Shown piece after piece: positions 48,217 to 60,474 of a stretch of 64,000 nt of DNA. The DNA comes from Acanthaster planci (Eukaryota): contig NW_019091359.1 in assembly GCF_001949145.1 (NCBI RefSeq), forward strand, positions 1,810,540-1,874,539, given 5' to 3'. Below the pieces are notes generated by a model, which saw only the letters and a list, made by a program, of their open reading frames with translations, made no database searches and was not told where the DNA came from. Position numbers and translations under genes: made by a program. The number at the start of each line of letters is the position of its first letter. The stretch's first letter is position 1.

Positions 48217-48884
48217 TACTCGATTGCCGAGGGAAAAGTGATGCTCGTGGATTGGAATGGATATTATATGACATTGGATAGTGATAATTTCACTAAAGCA
48301 ATGACTACTTCGTCACAGCCATGGTTTTAATGTTAAAGATGCCCTTGGAAGTTTTGCTTGGAATGTTTATTCGAGAACCACTGTGTGTAATCAACTTCAA
48401 TATCTCATTCTCACCATTGTCATGATGATTCTGTCGACATCGCATCGAAGTCGCCTTCTGGCCTTATCGGTGGACGTTTACGTAAAATGGTTTGCAGCCT
48501 CCTTCATTGGACTGTATGCACAAAGTAGCTTGTCGAGGTTCTCGTGGAATTTAAGCCAGCTCGTACGTCTTCTGCAAGCGAAGCGGCCAGTTAACCTGTT
48601 GTTGGCATTTGAAATACGGAGTGAAAGATAAGCTGAATGCGAGTCAGTGGATTGCGCGTGGCTGACAGTGACCACAAAACACGCATGCAGTTTGCTGATT
48701 GGCGCGTTATGGCCGGCTTGGCACAAATTATCGGGAAGCCCCTCAGCTAGAGGGTCGGCCCGTGAGAAATACATTGTAGGCATGCGCGTACACCCTGGAA
48801 GCTCGCCCAGACCGGGACCATGCCTAGATGCAGCCAGCCGTTGGTGCATTTTTAAACCGTATACATTTCCATAGCTCGTCGTCC

Positions 48885-48901
48885 ATGGATTACGCCAAAA
48901 G
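48885..48901 (+). CDS. Candidate first coding exon of an unidentified downstream gene (MDYAK)
   Basis: tccATGG in a CpG-rich region followed by a consensus donor AAG|GTGAGT. Confidence 0.45.
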
Positions 48902-50884
48902 GTGAGTCCGTTTGCGTTTTTCTGTTAAACATGACTCATAGGTTACTTCTCGGGTTAGGGTGTGTTGTGGAATTCCTTGGATTTGAGTGGGAAGCAAAAG
49001 AGACCTGGTTTCAAGCGTTGAGTGTTCGTTGTAGTTTGAAAACCTAGCTCTTTTGGCCGTTCAAACTAGTAGTAGTACTAATGTACGTTCTTTGGACAAA
49101 TGTATTCGCGTTTATCACAGGGTCGTTGATTCGATTTCAGTAGCAACATTGTGCAGAGTGCCGAAAGACTTTGAGCTAACGTCTGTTACTGGAACATTGG
49201 GGATGGTTGACGCGAATTGGCAAACGTTTTCGACATTTTGTCACCAGAGCTCTCTTTCATCACTTTGTGGAGTACAATCAACGAAAACTTATGGACAATA
49301 CATCTATATTTCTCCCCAATATATATTGCTTTTACCCATCTCATTTTCTTAAAAATGCTTATTAAGTTTGGTTTATACATTTCATAATTTGACACAGGAG
49401 GAGTGGAGCAACTGTGATAGATGAAGTTTGTCTAGAGGAAATAAACTACACCTCGGAATGAATTTAGGGACGAAATGAAAAGTAAGCAACAGTAGCCTTT
49501 GTAAAGATTGTTCGTTTTTCCTGTGGAGTACGACTTAGGTTGCTTTTAGCCCGTGTACATTCGTCACTGACACCACACTCAGTCGTGCTCAAGGTGATCT
49601 CATTTGTGCGCACTTATAGGTTGAGTTCGGGCTGCCTGTTCTTGACAAGGGTTTCTTGTTCTCGCGCTCGAACGGCGGGAACACGACTTAAGGACACTGT
49701 TCTCGGAACAAGATTACACACCACCTCTTCGTCAGGGTTTTACAGGAACACATGGAAAAACTCGTGAGATTTTGACTTTAGACCAGCAGCAAAAAGTAGA
49801 GAGATGGCTTCCAAAACCATAGACAACGAGAAGTTTTGCAAAATTAACATTAATTATTTTCCGTAACACAGAAATGAATGTTCCTGTTTATATAGAAAAA
49901 AATTCAGCCCATCCAAACATTAACTCTCGAATAACGTACCCTACATGGACGCCACCATGTTGCATGTTGCTTGTCACTACCAGCGGTAACCGGTTGTTTG
50001 TTCCCGGCGTTGGAGCGGCCGACCCACGAACAACAAATCGAGCTGTTCGTGAAAATACGGGAACAGGCCGCCCGAACTTGGCCATAGAGAACCATGTTAT
50101 TTTCTTTTATGAACTGGCACCCGGTACAGTGCGACACGTCTGGCGTGCACTCCGTGTATTTTTGTTTCACAAACTTATCAACCCATGTCTCTTTAGGGGC
50201 TCCGTAGATCTTAATTGCATTAGTTAAAACGAATTTCAGTTAAATTTGGGGGCAAGGCAGCGAGTGTATGCATGGATTAAATTCGTGTCTTTTCCACGAA
50301 CTGACACGCACGCCCACTTGCAACTGAGTGTTAGTTCGTGGTGTCAGTGACGGCATGTGCTTATTTTAAATGCGCCAAGTGCTCAACTGATTATACCTAA
50401 AACGAAATGAAAAATAAGGTTGCGTCCGAAGTATACTTGCCCTCAGCTGAAGTATCACGAGTTCGTGAAGGGCATACGGTCGTCAGCTGAAGCCTATTAA
50501 GTAATTTAGAAACAGCCTAAGAACCGGAAGCAGAACCTTCACCAAATTAATGTGTTCCACGCCAGAACACAATGGTTAAGGTCACATCGCTTGAACGTTT
50601 CAATATTTTGTTTTGACTCCAGCAAACGAACTGTTACTGACCTTTCATTTCAATACAATAGCTTACCGCTATATTGTCTCTAATTAGATGCATGTATAGT
50701 TTATTGAATATCCTTGCAGTTACAAGAAGAAAAGTGCATCACGATGACCGCTGTCAAATCCTAAATAGCTCTTTTAATAATCTTGCATTTTAAGGAGAAA
50801 GAACGTCGGGCCTGTTTGTTCTCACAGATGTGGATCTGGAATAGTGATCCCTTCGCTGGTTTGCTCCATTCATTAGGGTCCATC

Positions 50885-51420
50885 ACTGTCTGCCTGAAGG
50901 GACACCAACAAGTTTTCAAATCTCAGCTGGCAAAGTGGCTCATCCGGAAAGATACAAAATCGTTTCCCTGAGTTTCTGTGGAGTTTCTTCACTTAGTACC
51001 CCAGTCTCCCACAACGTTTCTTCTTCGTTTTCTGTCATTGCTTCAGCTTTTCTTTGACGGACGCGGTGTCCTTGTAAAGTCATTTCTTCCATATGAGTGT
51101 CCAAGGTATTTTGAGAACAGTAAATCCCCCATCATTCAGAAATTTCATGACCCGTCCGTGCATTGAAAGATGCATCTGAATATGACGATTTTGTAAAGTG
51201 TTTCAGTTTTAGCCTCCAGGACAAATCTTTTTGAGAGAAAAGCAAAGCTCGTCCTTTGTCATCTTCCAGCAGTTTCACCCAAATCGGGCTGATATCCGTT
51301 TCGGAGGTTGAACCCCTGACCGCACGCTAATTGTGCCAAGCTCTCCAGTCATTGGAGATCTTCACTACCTATAGCTGCCATTTTTTATTTTTTTCAGTTG
51401 ACTTGGAGAAGCTGAAATGG
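50885..51420 (-). pseudogene. Decayed Crypton-type (DUF3504 / tyrosine recombinase) transposon coding remnant
   Basis: Frameshifted minus-strand translation KMTKDELCFSL/RFVLEAK..TLYKIVI/IQMHLSMHG...F..LK/TLDTHMEEM..G...RKAEAMTENEEETLWETGVLSEETPQKLRETILYLSG/HFA matches the recalled DUF3504 pattern LD..M...G...KA..T..EE..LW..GVL...P..L..T..Y..G.HFA. Confidence 0.75.
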
Positions 51421-54400
51421 CAAGGAGAATTTGGACAGTGTTTTATACACAATCACTCTTAAATGGGAACCATTTATGAAGTAGGAATAGTAGTCTTGAG
51501 GGAAATCTGTAAGCTTTCTGCATTTTCAATTACTTTTGACGACAATGGGCTGTAAGGCTCACAACTGCACAGATTCAACTTATCAAGAACGAAATATGGA
51601 AGTTTTTTACAAAAAAGATCATATGTTACCCTTTTCGTGATTTTAACGCAACATCACACACTTGGGCACTGGCATACCAAATCAGTCTTTTGAGAACTGA
51701 CTGTCTACTGCAAGCCAGGATGATATCATTTCATTTGGATCCGAAACGTCAGATAATTGCACTGGAGAGGGAGCATCAATGGGACTGCCTACGGATAAAT
51801 TTTCCTTCAGAAAAGTATCCAAAATGCGTTCAGTTCCAATTGTGCAGTTATATCACTGCGGAAACTAGTACGAGTCAAAAACAGATCATTGTCTGAACGA
51901 TACATGTTGCCGTCGACGTGTCTATGCATCAAATGAGAATATTTATTAGTTAGAGGGGTGTGGCGATACGCTTACACCCTTACAGAAACAATTACGAATA
52001 ATTAAACACTAAATCAGAGCTGCATTACGTAAGATCCTGGAAGACACCTGCTGCGAAAATGCTGAAGTTATGACAATTCAACTGAGTAACAATAATTCGT
52101 TTAAGCGTTAGTGAACCGACGCCGGATTACTACATGTAATCTAAATCCGGATCTGCGTAAAACAAACAGGCCCAAAGTGGAAGTCGATTGATATATCCCA
52201 GCAAGAAATGAGACCGAGGGGTACCCTCCAACGTGTCCAATCCCTATACACACTCCCCCCTAGATGTCTGACAAGAATTTCTCAGATTCCCGTGAAACAA
52301 TGACCAATAAAAAGCAGAGGGGGTTCTCTCCGTCTCATTCTTGTTTCATTTGTCGATTGAACGTAACAAATAGTGCAGGCTGTTGATCTTTCGCCCCTTC
52401 CATGAGAATGTGCATCTGTTCATTGTCCTCTTAAACTAAAGCTTGGTTTGCCCTCCGTTAGTTCACTTCTGTTCAGCTGTATTGTGTACTCTCGCTGCGA
52501 CTGACTGGCTGATGCGTCTCTGTTCTACCCATCTGGGATAAGTCACCTTTCTTTTGGAGTGGTGGAGTGCTTGCGGCACCCACTCGCTAAATCTCTCCTA
52601 CATAATGAAGACTTATGGGGCAGAGAGAGCCCTCGCTTTAGTGTTGGTCATTGTTATACTGTTATCTCAGGAATTCTTTTCACACATCTAGGGGAATGTG
52701 TTAAGTGACCATATGCGGGAGTGTGAATGGGATTGGACTTGTGGGGGGGTACCCCTCTGTTCCATTTCGCGCCTGGCACACTCTCCTAGACCAATCCGGC
52801 TGCCTTGAATAAAAGCACCCCGTAATCGGTTAAAAAGAACCATGCTTCTGTCGGGAGCGTTCGTTTTTTTGGTTGGTACATCAACGCTCACGCAATACCT
52901 GCATCTTGTATTCATTCGTGAAGTTCCTACCAAAGGAGCCGCTGTTGCTTTGTCGATCTTGGTCTTGGTCTAGCTCGGGGCTCATAGGCTTTTGACTTGC
53001 CAATATGCGCGAACGCGCTCAAGTTAAAACTCCTGCTTGAGTGTTAAAAATGTGATCTAACTCGGTGGAGCTTCTCATGACACATATACTCTTCGGTGAG
53101 TTATCTGCATCCAAACTTAATCTCTCCATCCGTAATTTCGGATGGAGAGACTACATTATCCTTCATTTTACCATTCCTTTCATTTCCTGTTACTATATAC
53201 AGTGTGCCTCTGAAATTCATTTCTCTTGTCATACCCAATGTTGGAAAGTAATTGTACTTACGTACAAAAACTTGTAAATTCCATTAATTCTATTTGTGCA
53301 CCGCTTTTTGAACAAGATTAAAGCTGCTCCTTAAACCGCTTTTCTTAAATTAAACGTGCATGATGTGTGTTTATAGCAACATGAGAAACGTCCACATTCA
53401 GGCTCTATACCCGTAACTTGCGACTAAAAACCTACGGGACGGTAGCTGTAAAGTATATTTTAATGCAAGACGTAACTTAAGTATAATTAGGAGGACTTTT
53501 GATCTGTAAAAGATCAAGTTTTCAAGAAGAAATAAAATTCCAAACAATTTCTAGTTTCAACACCGAGAATAAGCGCTATGAGAGAGTGATAATCTTTCTT
53601 TTCTCGTATCCTCCTTAAGTTTTATTTGCATTAAATTTTGTTGTTTTGGCAGAACCTAAATATGTTTGCCCAATCACTCGCTTTAAAGCAGTACCTGCAG
53701 TGGTTAGCGGTGGCTCTTGCCTCAGAACGCACACGTTGCGAAAAAGAGTAGCATTTCATTCAGTATTCGGAGGCCTTATTATTTTTAAATAGCCTTGTCA
53801 GATGTTTTCACACTGAATTATTCCTTTGCTTAATTTGCACTGGTGGCGATATCAGCCAAAAGCTGCGACTTTGACAAGAAAGGTCAAACCAGGGCCTGTA
53901 GGTAATCCCTGCGTCGGAAAGGGCGCAGCAGCTGATAGTTGTTGATGACGATGCCACAGAAAATTTTAATGAGTTCTAATGCCATGTTCTTTTATTTCAA
54001 AACAACGTTCGAGTACAATATGTCCTCATCACGGTAAGCTTCCCTTGTGTTTTTACGTTCCATTTAACCTTTTAAATATTACTTGTAGCTGACGGCGGTG
54101 GATCGAGGGGGTGCTGGATGCAAGCCAAAAAATCAGCATCTAGAGGGCGCTACTCACTCTGGATTCATGCCTGGAATCCACCAACAACAGTACGACATTT
54201 CCACACCTGTTTAAATCAGAGACTTCAGTTTGTCCGCATTTCTTATTTTGTACACTAACGTTACACCTTACTTGTAATGTATTGCTCATTTTAAAGGGTC
54301 TTCGATGTACGGTGTTTTGTGCAACTTGACACTCTTCTTCAGAGTAGGAAAACTACATGTATATTTGACAATGTTTGGCTTTATAGTGAATTGAATGGGG

Positions 54401-55937
54401 GCTTATGTCGGCTGGACATACTAAATTGAGCACTTTCTAAAAAACATTTTGAAGCTGCCTATTCTTTTCCGGACAACCGAGGGCGCTCTTGACGTAACTC
54501 TTTGAAGGGAGACTACCGCTCCGAAGTTGCAGACCTGTAAATAAGCCTATACAGACAACTGTGATAAATACCCTTACTTAAAAAATCAGGGAAATACAAG
54601 TTTCTCTGATGTTGAAGACATACACATTAAATTAAAACTATTTTTTCTTGTCTTTCATTTTCCTTTAATGTTCAGTGACTAAACTGATAACTTTTGAAGA
54701 TATCCATACCGTACCTAGAGATGATTATTCCTGAAGCATTCCAAGCCTGCCGCCATTAAAAAACTTGTGTCTATTATGCCTCAATGTGCTTATGCGCACT
54801 CCATTGCAAACTAAAGCGATTCGGAGGGTCTGGTTTTGTCCAATCATTTTCCGAAACACGAGCTGGCAATCCTAATCGCATATTCCATCCTTTCTTTTCT
54901 TTTTATAGCCCATTTCAGTTTGCGAGCCACAAAATGCTCAGAAAGCAGATAATTTCCCAATATGCAAATCGTGATTTAGTGAGCGCAAGCTTACTTACTG
55001 GCCTGTTGACGGCGCCTGACGAAAGTCATTGGTATAGTTAATAGGTCAACAGTGAGTACAAAAACTTAATGGAAAATTTCGAAGGACAAGGCATGGACTA
55101 TGTCTAAAATTACTATGAAGTTTTATGAGATGCTGCACAGTTGAGGTTTTGTTCGATATTTTTCAAAAATAAAGTCGGTCGTTCAATAAATCAGAGCTAT
55201 TAACATAATGGTCCGTAATCCGTCGCCCACCTACAAGAAAACTGCCAATAAATGCAAAGGATTAAAAATTAAGTTCTTTTCATTTCGAAGCTATAAGATG
55301 ATTAATTTTGAAATGTATGCTTGGTATAAGTTGGTAACAGAGTATTACCAATAGTTTTGAAACGTCTGGAAACATTTCTGTACAGGCGTGCTTTCAGATA
55401 AATTACGGGCATCATATCCACGCATATATAGCAATGCACCAAAAAAAAGGTATCCCCTGGGAATGAGGTAGCGTTTGCCCACGGTTTTAGAAAATGACAC
55501 TTCTCGTGTATTAAAGTTCTTGCGCCCCCTGCTGTCGTCATGGAGACGACACTGTTCAGCTTATCATGTTCTCCTGTTTCAGTGTTCGTTTCCCTCAAAT
55601 TTGCTCGTCGAAAGCATTTTCTGAGAATGTGTTACTCGTCTGCCTATTATTATGCACTCAAAATCCACAAATCACGAAAGAAAGGGAAATTTCTGTCAGT
55701 AAAATATAAAAAAGCAGTTTTTTGTGGGCGACTTTCTTCATGAAGATGGGAATTTCATTCCGTAAAAAAGCACCAAACTACCTTTTTAATAGCAAAACAA
55801 AAATTGAAAATAAAGTTCAATTGAAACAGGAAATTAACGACAGTAGCGCAATCAACTTTCAAATTTTGGAGCCTATTTTGTTATTTTATCCCAGACAGTT
55901 TTTAAGAGTGTAAAATCGTATACTATTTTGATTTCAG

Positions 55938-55992
55938 GCGTGCCGGAACGCTTGTAACCCAAGTGACTGTTGGATTAGACGGTTCCATGTGG
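55938..55992 (+). CDS. Candidate second exon of the downstream gene (RRAGTLVTQVTVGLDGSMW)
   Basis: ttttgatttcag acceptor and GTAAGT donor; 55 nt, open in the frame set by the 48885 exon. Confidence 0.45.
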
Positions 55993-57276
55993 GTAAGTTA
56001 ATGTTTCGTCGACCTCTCGCAACAAAAGTGGAACAAAAGGGCAAAATAGGAGAATATAGATAAATATCCGGGTGTCAGCGAGGAAGGGGTTTTTCACATC
56101 CCGCGATAGGCTTATTTCATAACCCGGATGTTAAAGCCGACATTGTGAAAGAATTTTACATGGATTTAACTGTAGTCTGGCATGGCTTGCTTGATCATTG
56201 ACGGGTTTCCTGAAGTCAAGACTAACTGGACTTTGATGTAATAGAAAGCCGAAACTACATCTCGATGTAAGTTCTAGTTTGAGAACTCCTTTTCACCTGT
56301 TTTACAGATAGTGATTTGCAGGCCCGTTTATTAATTATGTGATACAATTCCAACTTTGTATTTCTGTATAGTCGTTTTTGTTATTGGCAATGGTATTTTT
56401 GTTGTTTTCAGATTTAAGTATTTAATGTTGATTCTGTTGCATTTCATTTATTTGTCGGTTTTTGACAGCTGAATGTTATTTGCTGTATCATGTTCAGGCT
56501 TTTATTGCTTATTGGCTTGAGAAGATGACTTCATGTGAGTTTGTATATGTTCATGTAGAATTATACGCGGATCGTATTTTGAAATTTAAAATTTGTGGAA
56601 GAATATGCAAGGAACCGTTTTTGAAATATTAGCTACGTTAAATAATTACCACAGGCTGGAAAGTTGCATTGCTCCATGGCCGTATAACCTCGATCTTTAC
56701 TTGCGAACAAGATCATTCCAGTCTTGCGTTCAAGCTGTTAGTAATGCAAGGGGTTGTGAGCAAGATTTAGCAAGTCCATTGCTCACGCTGTCCAAATCAA
56801 AAGTTGCCTGCTGAGTCTCTGCTATTGAGCATTTTGTGACGCGAGGACTGGATGGTTTGTACAAATGAAGGACTGGAGTTACTCTGAAGACTTTCAGCTT
56901 GTACGTGCTAGTCGTACGGTTTAGCAATGAAGCGTAGGCATCAATTTTCAAAATAGCAATGGGCTTTACGGCTGTTTTAGATATGATCACTAACGGTGAT
57001 AAAAATGTACTCAAAAGTTATCGGTTAACTGTCGACAAATATGAAAGAATACAAAAGATAGGACTATAGGCAGCCCTTCCCGGAATTTATGAATGACATG
57101 ATGATGTCTTGCTTTCCTGTAAGGGGAAATTGGGAATGACCAAACGCTCGCGACGTCTCCACCTGGCTTTAAAGGGAAGTGTGTGTATGAACAAAAGCGT
57201 GACGTCATAATACCTTGTGCCCTTTATTCTGAATTGTTTCAAAGAGCCAGTTCCGGTATTCCAACAGCACATGCCC

Positions 57277-58462
57277 AGAAAAGACAGGAACCGGCATGGT
57301 GGTGGGGGTGCTGTGTACATGTATATTCGACACAATTTAACTTCCATCCGTCGTGAAGATCTTGAAACAGATGATGTGGAATGCATATGGGTTGAAATCA
57401 AGTTAAACAAAGACAGCTTGTACTCATCAGTTCTGCGTATAAACCACCTTCAAGCTGTGTTGATTTCATAGACAAACTTGACGACTTTATCGATAAAGCC
57501 TCCTGGGAGCACCAAGAAATGATTGTAACTGGGGATTTCAATTGTGATGTTTCCGAAAATGATAGGGTAAATCCTGACCCAATTACTTCTTGTTTAAATT
57601 CGTTTCAAATGTCGCAAATTGGAATATGGAAATATTAAAATTATTAAATAAATATGGAAATAATATGAAAATTGGAATGTCGCATAGTTGGAAAACGCCA
57701 AAAATGAAAGGTCGTTCAATCAGTCTTCGTTGTTTTAAAGATATAGACATTGACGCTATAAAGGAAGATCTCATTAATGCACCATGGCAACATTATTGTC
57801 GTGACGTCGACGAAGCGTGGTCTATTTGGAATTCCCTATTTATGTGCATTATCAATTTCCACGCACCGATTAAAACTTAACGCATTCGGGGTGACTCCTT
57901 ACACTGGTTCGATGGGGAAATTCTTCGGCTTATGAGGCAACGTGATCGTTGCACAAACTCGCCAAACGCACAGGGTCACAAATACTCTGGGATTCTTACA
58001 AAAAACTGCGTAACGTGGTGATTAAGAAAATACGTCAAAAGAAAAGAGAATACTTCACGTCAGCCATAGAAGAAAACAAAAGCAATTCATGTATGTTATG
58101 GAAAAAGCTAAAGGAGGTTCTCCCGAAGAATCAGAAAAGTGTTCCAAACTCCATCCTTTGTCCAAAAGGAGAAGACATTGACGATCATATTGACATTGGT
58201 GATGTCTTTAATGAACACTTTTCTGCAATTGGAAAACGCAGAAGTGGTAATGGTCCCTTGTACGCGCCTAGAAAAGACGATAATGCTCCTATCTATCATT
58301 CCCTCGACGATGAATGCGTGATACCTCACATTACAGAAGAATTTGTTCGAAGCAAATATCATCAATGTCAGAAGGGAAATCAACAGGTCCGAATAGAATA
58401 TGTGTCATAATAATCAAAATGGCTTCCCCGTGTATTACCAAATGTCTACTCATATGCACTAA
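57277..58462 (+). pseudogene. LINE (L2/CR1-group) ORF2 remnant: APE endonuclease plus linker, truncated before the RT core
   Basis: RKDRNRHGGG..VYMYI, ECIWVEI, YKPP, IVTGDFN, FHAPIK, YKKLRN.V...IR..KREYF, FNEHFSAIG, KSTGP motifs across frameshifts and stops. Confidence 0.9.
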
Positions 58463-58579
58463 CGTCTTTTTATTCTGTGCTGAAGAATAAACTATGTTCT
58501 TTATTTTCAACACATCGATTAATCATGAATCTGAAAGAATCCATTGATGATTTATTTGTTTAGAACAACCGTTCTAAAC

Positions 58580-58677
58580 AAATTTGTCGACCCAATGCGC
58601 GTTTAGAAAGGGTCGACAGATTTCGCGCTTTGTGATTGATTGGCCAACGCGGTGCAAACTCTCAGAGGCGCACTATT
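58580..58677. mobile_element. Partial copy (loop plus one arm) of the 24912-25088 fold-back element
   Basis: gtcgacccaatgcgcgtttagaaagggtcga...tgcaaactctcagaggcgcactat. Confidence 0.8.
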
Positions 58678-60156
58678 GATTTTTGCTTGATTATGTGTAT
58701 TCTAGAAACATTCATTATATATTCTATCATACAGTTAGCCCTCTTATGTTATAATTCTTACAATTAAATTTGGAAGATTCAGAGGCGTTAGTGTTAACGT
58801 CGATTTTATTAACTATACATCGTGTAGAGTCGTTGACAGTTGTCACAGGTTTGTTCGAAGTTCTACTACAGGCCTGCGAGATGACAAACCAAACCTTTTT
58901 CAAGGAAATTGGACAGAGTAATTGACACCGAAGCACTGATCCCTGAAATTCAGGACGGGGAAAATCCGGGTCAACATAAATGTTTAACGGATTTCTGGGT
59001 CAGAAATACCGCGGTAGGCCTAACTTCTTGAAAAGAGTTCGAATAAAATGTAAAAAGGGTAACCTTCGGGGAAAGTTTTCGGGCCGAGTAAAGCCCGTCA
59101 CCCCACCATCATGGTGAGATATCAGTGTCTATAAAAAAATCGCTTTGTCCGAATGACTGGAGTGGATCTATTCCTGTTTCCTATTGCCTTTCAGATGTAT
59201 AGATTCCGATATATTTCCAATCTATTTCACAAAGTCACTGGTCTTTGTTATTGTTGTGTTGGTTGAGACAAAGTATTCGTCGTGTATATTCGACAAATTT
59301 CGTCGTGTGTTGTTATGAGGTATATCGACTATCTGTCATTTTATCCCAAGTCTAGAGTCTTTTCCACACTAGATGAAGAAACTAGGGGCCACATAATAGT
59401 ACAATGTATGTTGAAGTTGTCTGGGATCACTTGCGTTTTTCTGTTACACAACAACGATCAAAAATATTATGGCTGCCATCACGAACTGCAACGTCATTGT
59501 ATCGTCATACCAGTTTTACCAACGATTGGACAGCTGACAGCTGCTTAAATGTTGGTCATTTTTTTACGAGTTGTCACTTGCAGCTCACGTACAGAGAGGA
59601 CTTATGTCGACAGTCAGCACACGGCAAAGTCACAAGTTTGTAAGTAACCGGGTTTGGAACTTCAGCAGTTTATAAATTCCTCCTTTTGAACTATAGACCT
59701 ACTACTGTAATGACATTAAACGCAATATCTTCTTAATCGTTTGGAACACTTTTCTCGCCGAACAATTCATGCAATCAAATCTGTACTCGAGAATGAGCTA
59801 TTTTATCGGGGGGGAGTGTAAAGATGTCCGCACATAGAGTTTGCGCTGTGCATATGAAATTGTCACGTATGATATAATGGCCACAGACAGATTAACGACA
59901 TTGAAACCAAATTCGTAACATTAACACAAACAACCACAAGTCCAATGTATTTTTTCATCATTTTTAGTTAGCTTTTTTTTTGCACTGGGCCAGCTCGACG
60001 TGGCGAGTTTCAGAAACATCGTCAAGTCTTCATAAATGTAGGGATCTGGGAATTCCCCATTTAATTTAGCAGATTGTGTGACCTTTGAACCTTGTGCACG
60101 TCTTCAAGGCAAGTTTTTTCTGTAAGTCTTGCCTGTCGGCCGGAAGTGGCCTACAA

Positions 60157-60474
60157 TGTGATACTTTTTGGCGGCACTGAAGTTGGGCGAGTTTCCAAGG
60201 TTTTTTCGGGAAAGCGGGAGGTGCTGTGCGAGACGACTGGGTGGATGGACGTCGTGATGGCTTGGCCGGGAATCACGTAGATTACCACCGCTTTAATTGT
60301 CCAAGCAGTTTTGATTCTAGTGATGGCGAAATAAACGAAATCCAGTCCGCTTGAACACCCAAGTCTTTCAGTGTCTGCTGAACTTTCTTTTTGCCTGCCT
60401 GGCCTCCAATTCCCCCTTAAGTGGCGGACGGACCGCCGCCCCCGAGCGATCGGCCAGGGGGCCGGACCGCTACA
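60157..60474 (-). mobile_element. Candidate solo LTR (318 bp)
   Basis: GC/CpG-rich block bounded by TGT...ACA, flanks tacaa/taaaa (4/5 match), ATTAAA signal on the minus strand. Confidence 0.5.

Noticed and set aside
51290..51375. tRNA-like SINE head on the minus strand
   Set aside because: Better explained as the N-terminal continuation of the Crypton-type reading frame.
52605..52691. Signal-peptide-like small ORF MKTYGAERALALVLVIVILLSQEFFSHI*
   Set aside because: Only 28 aa, no usable splice donor before the stop, no other support.
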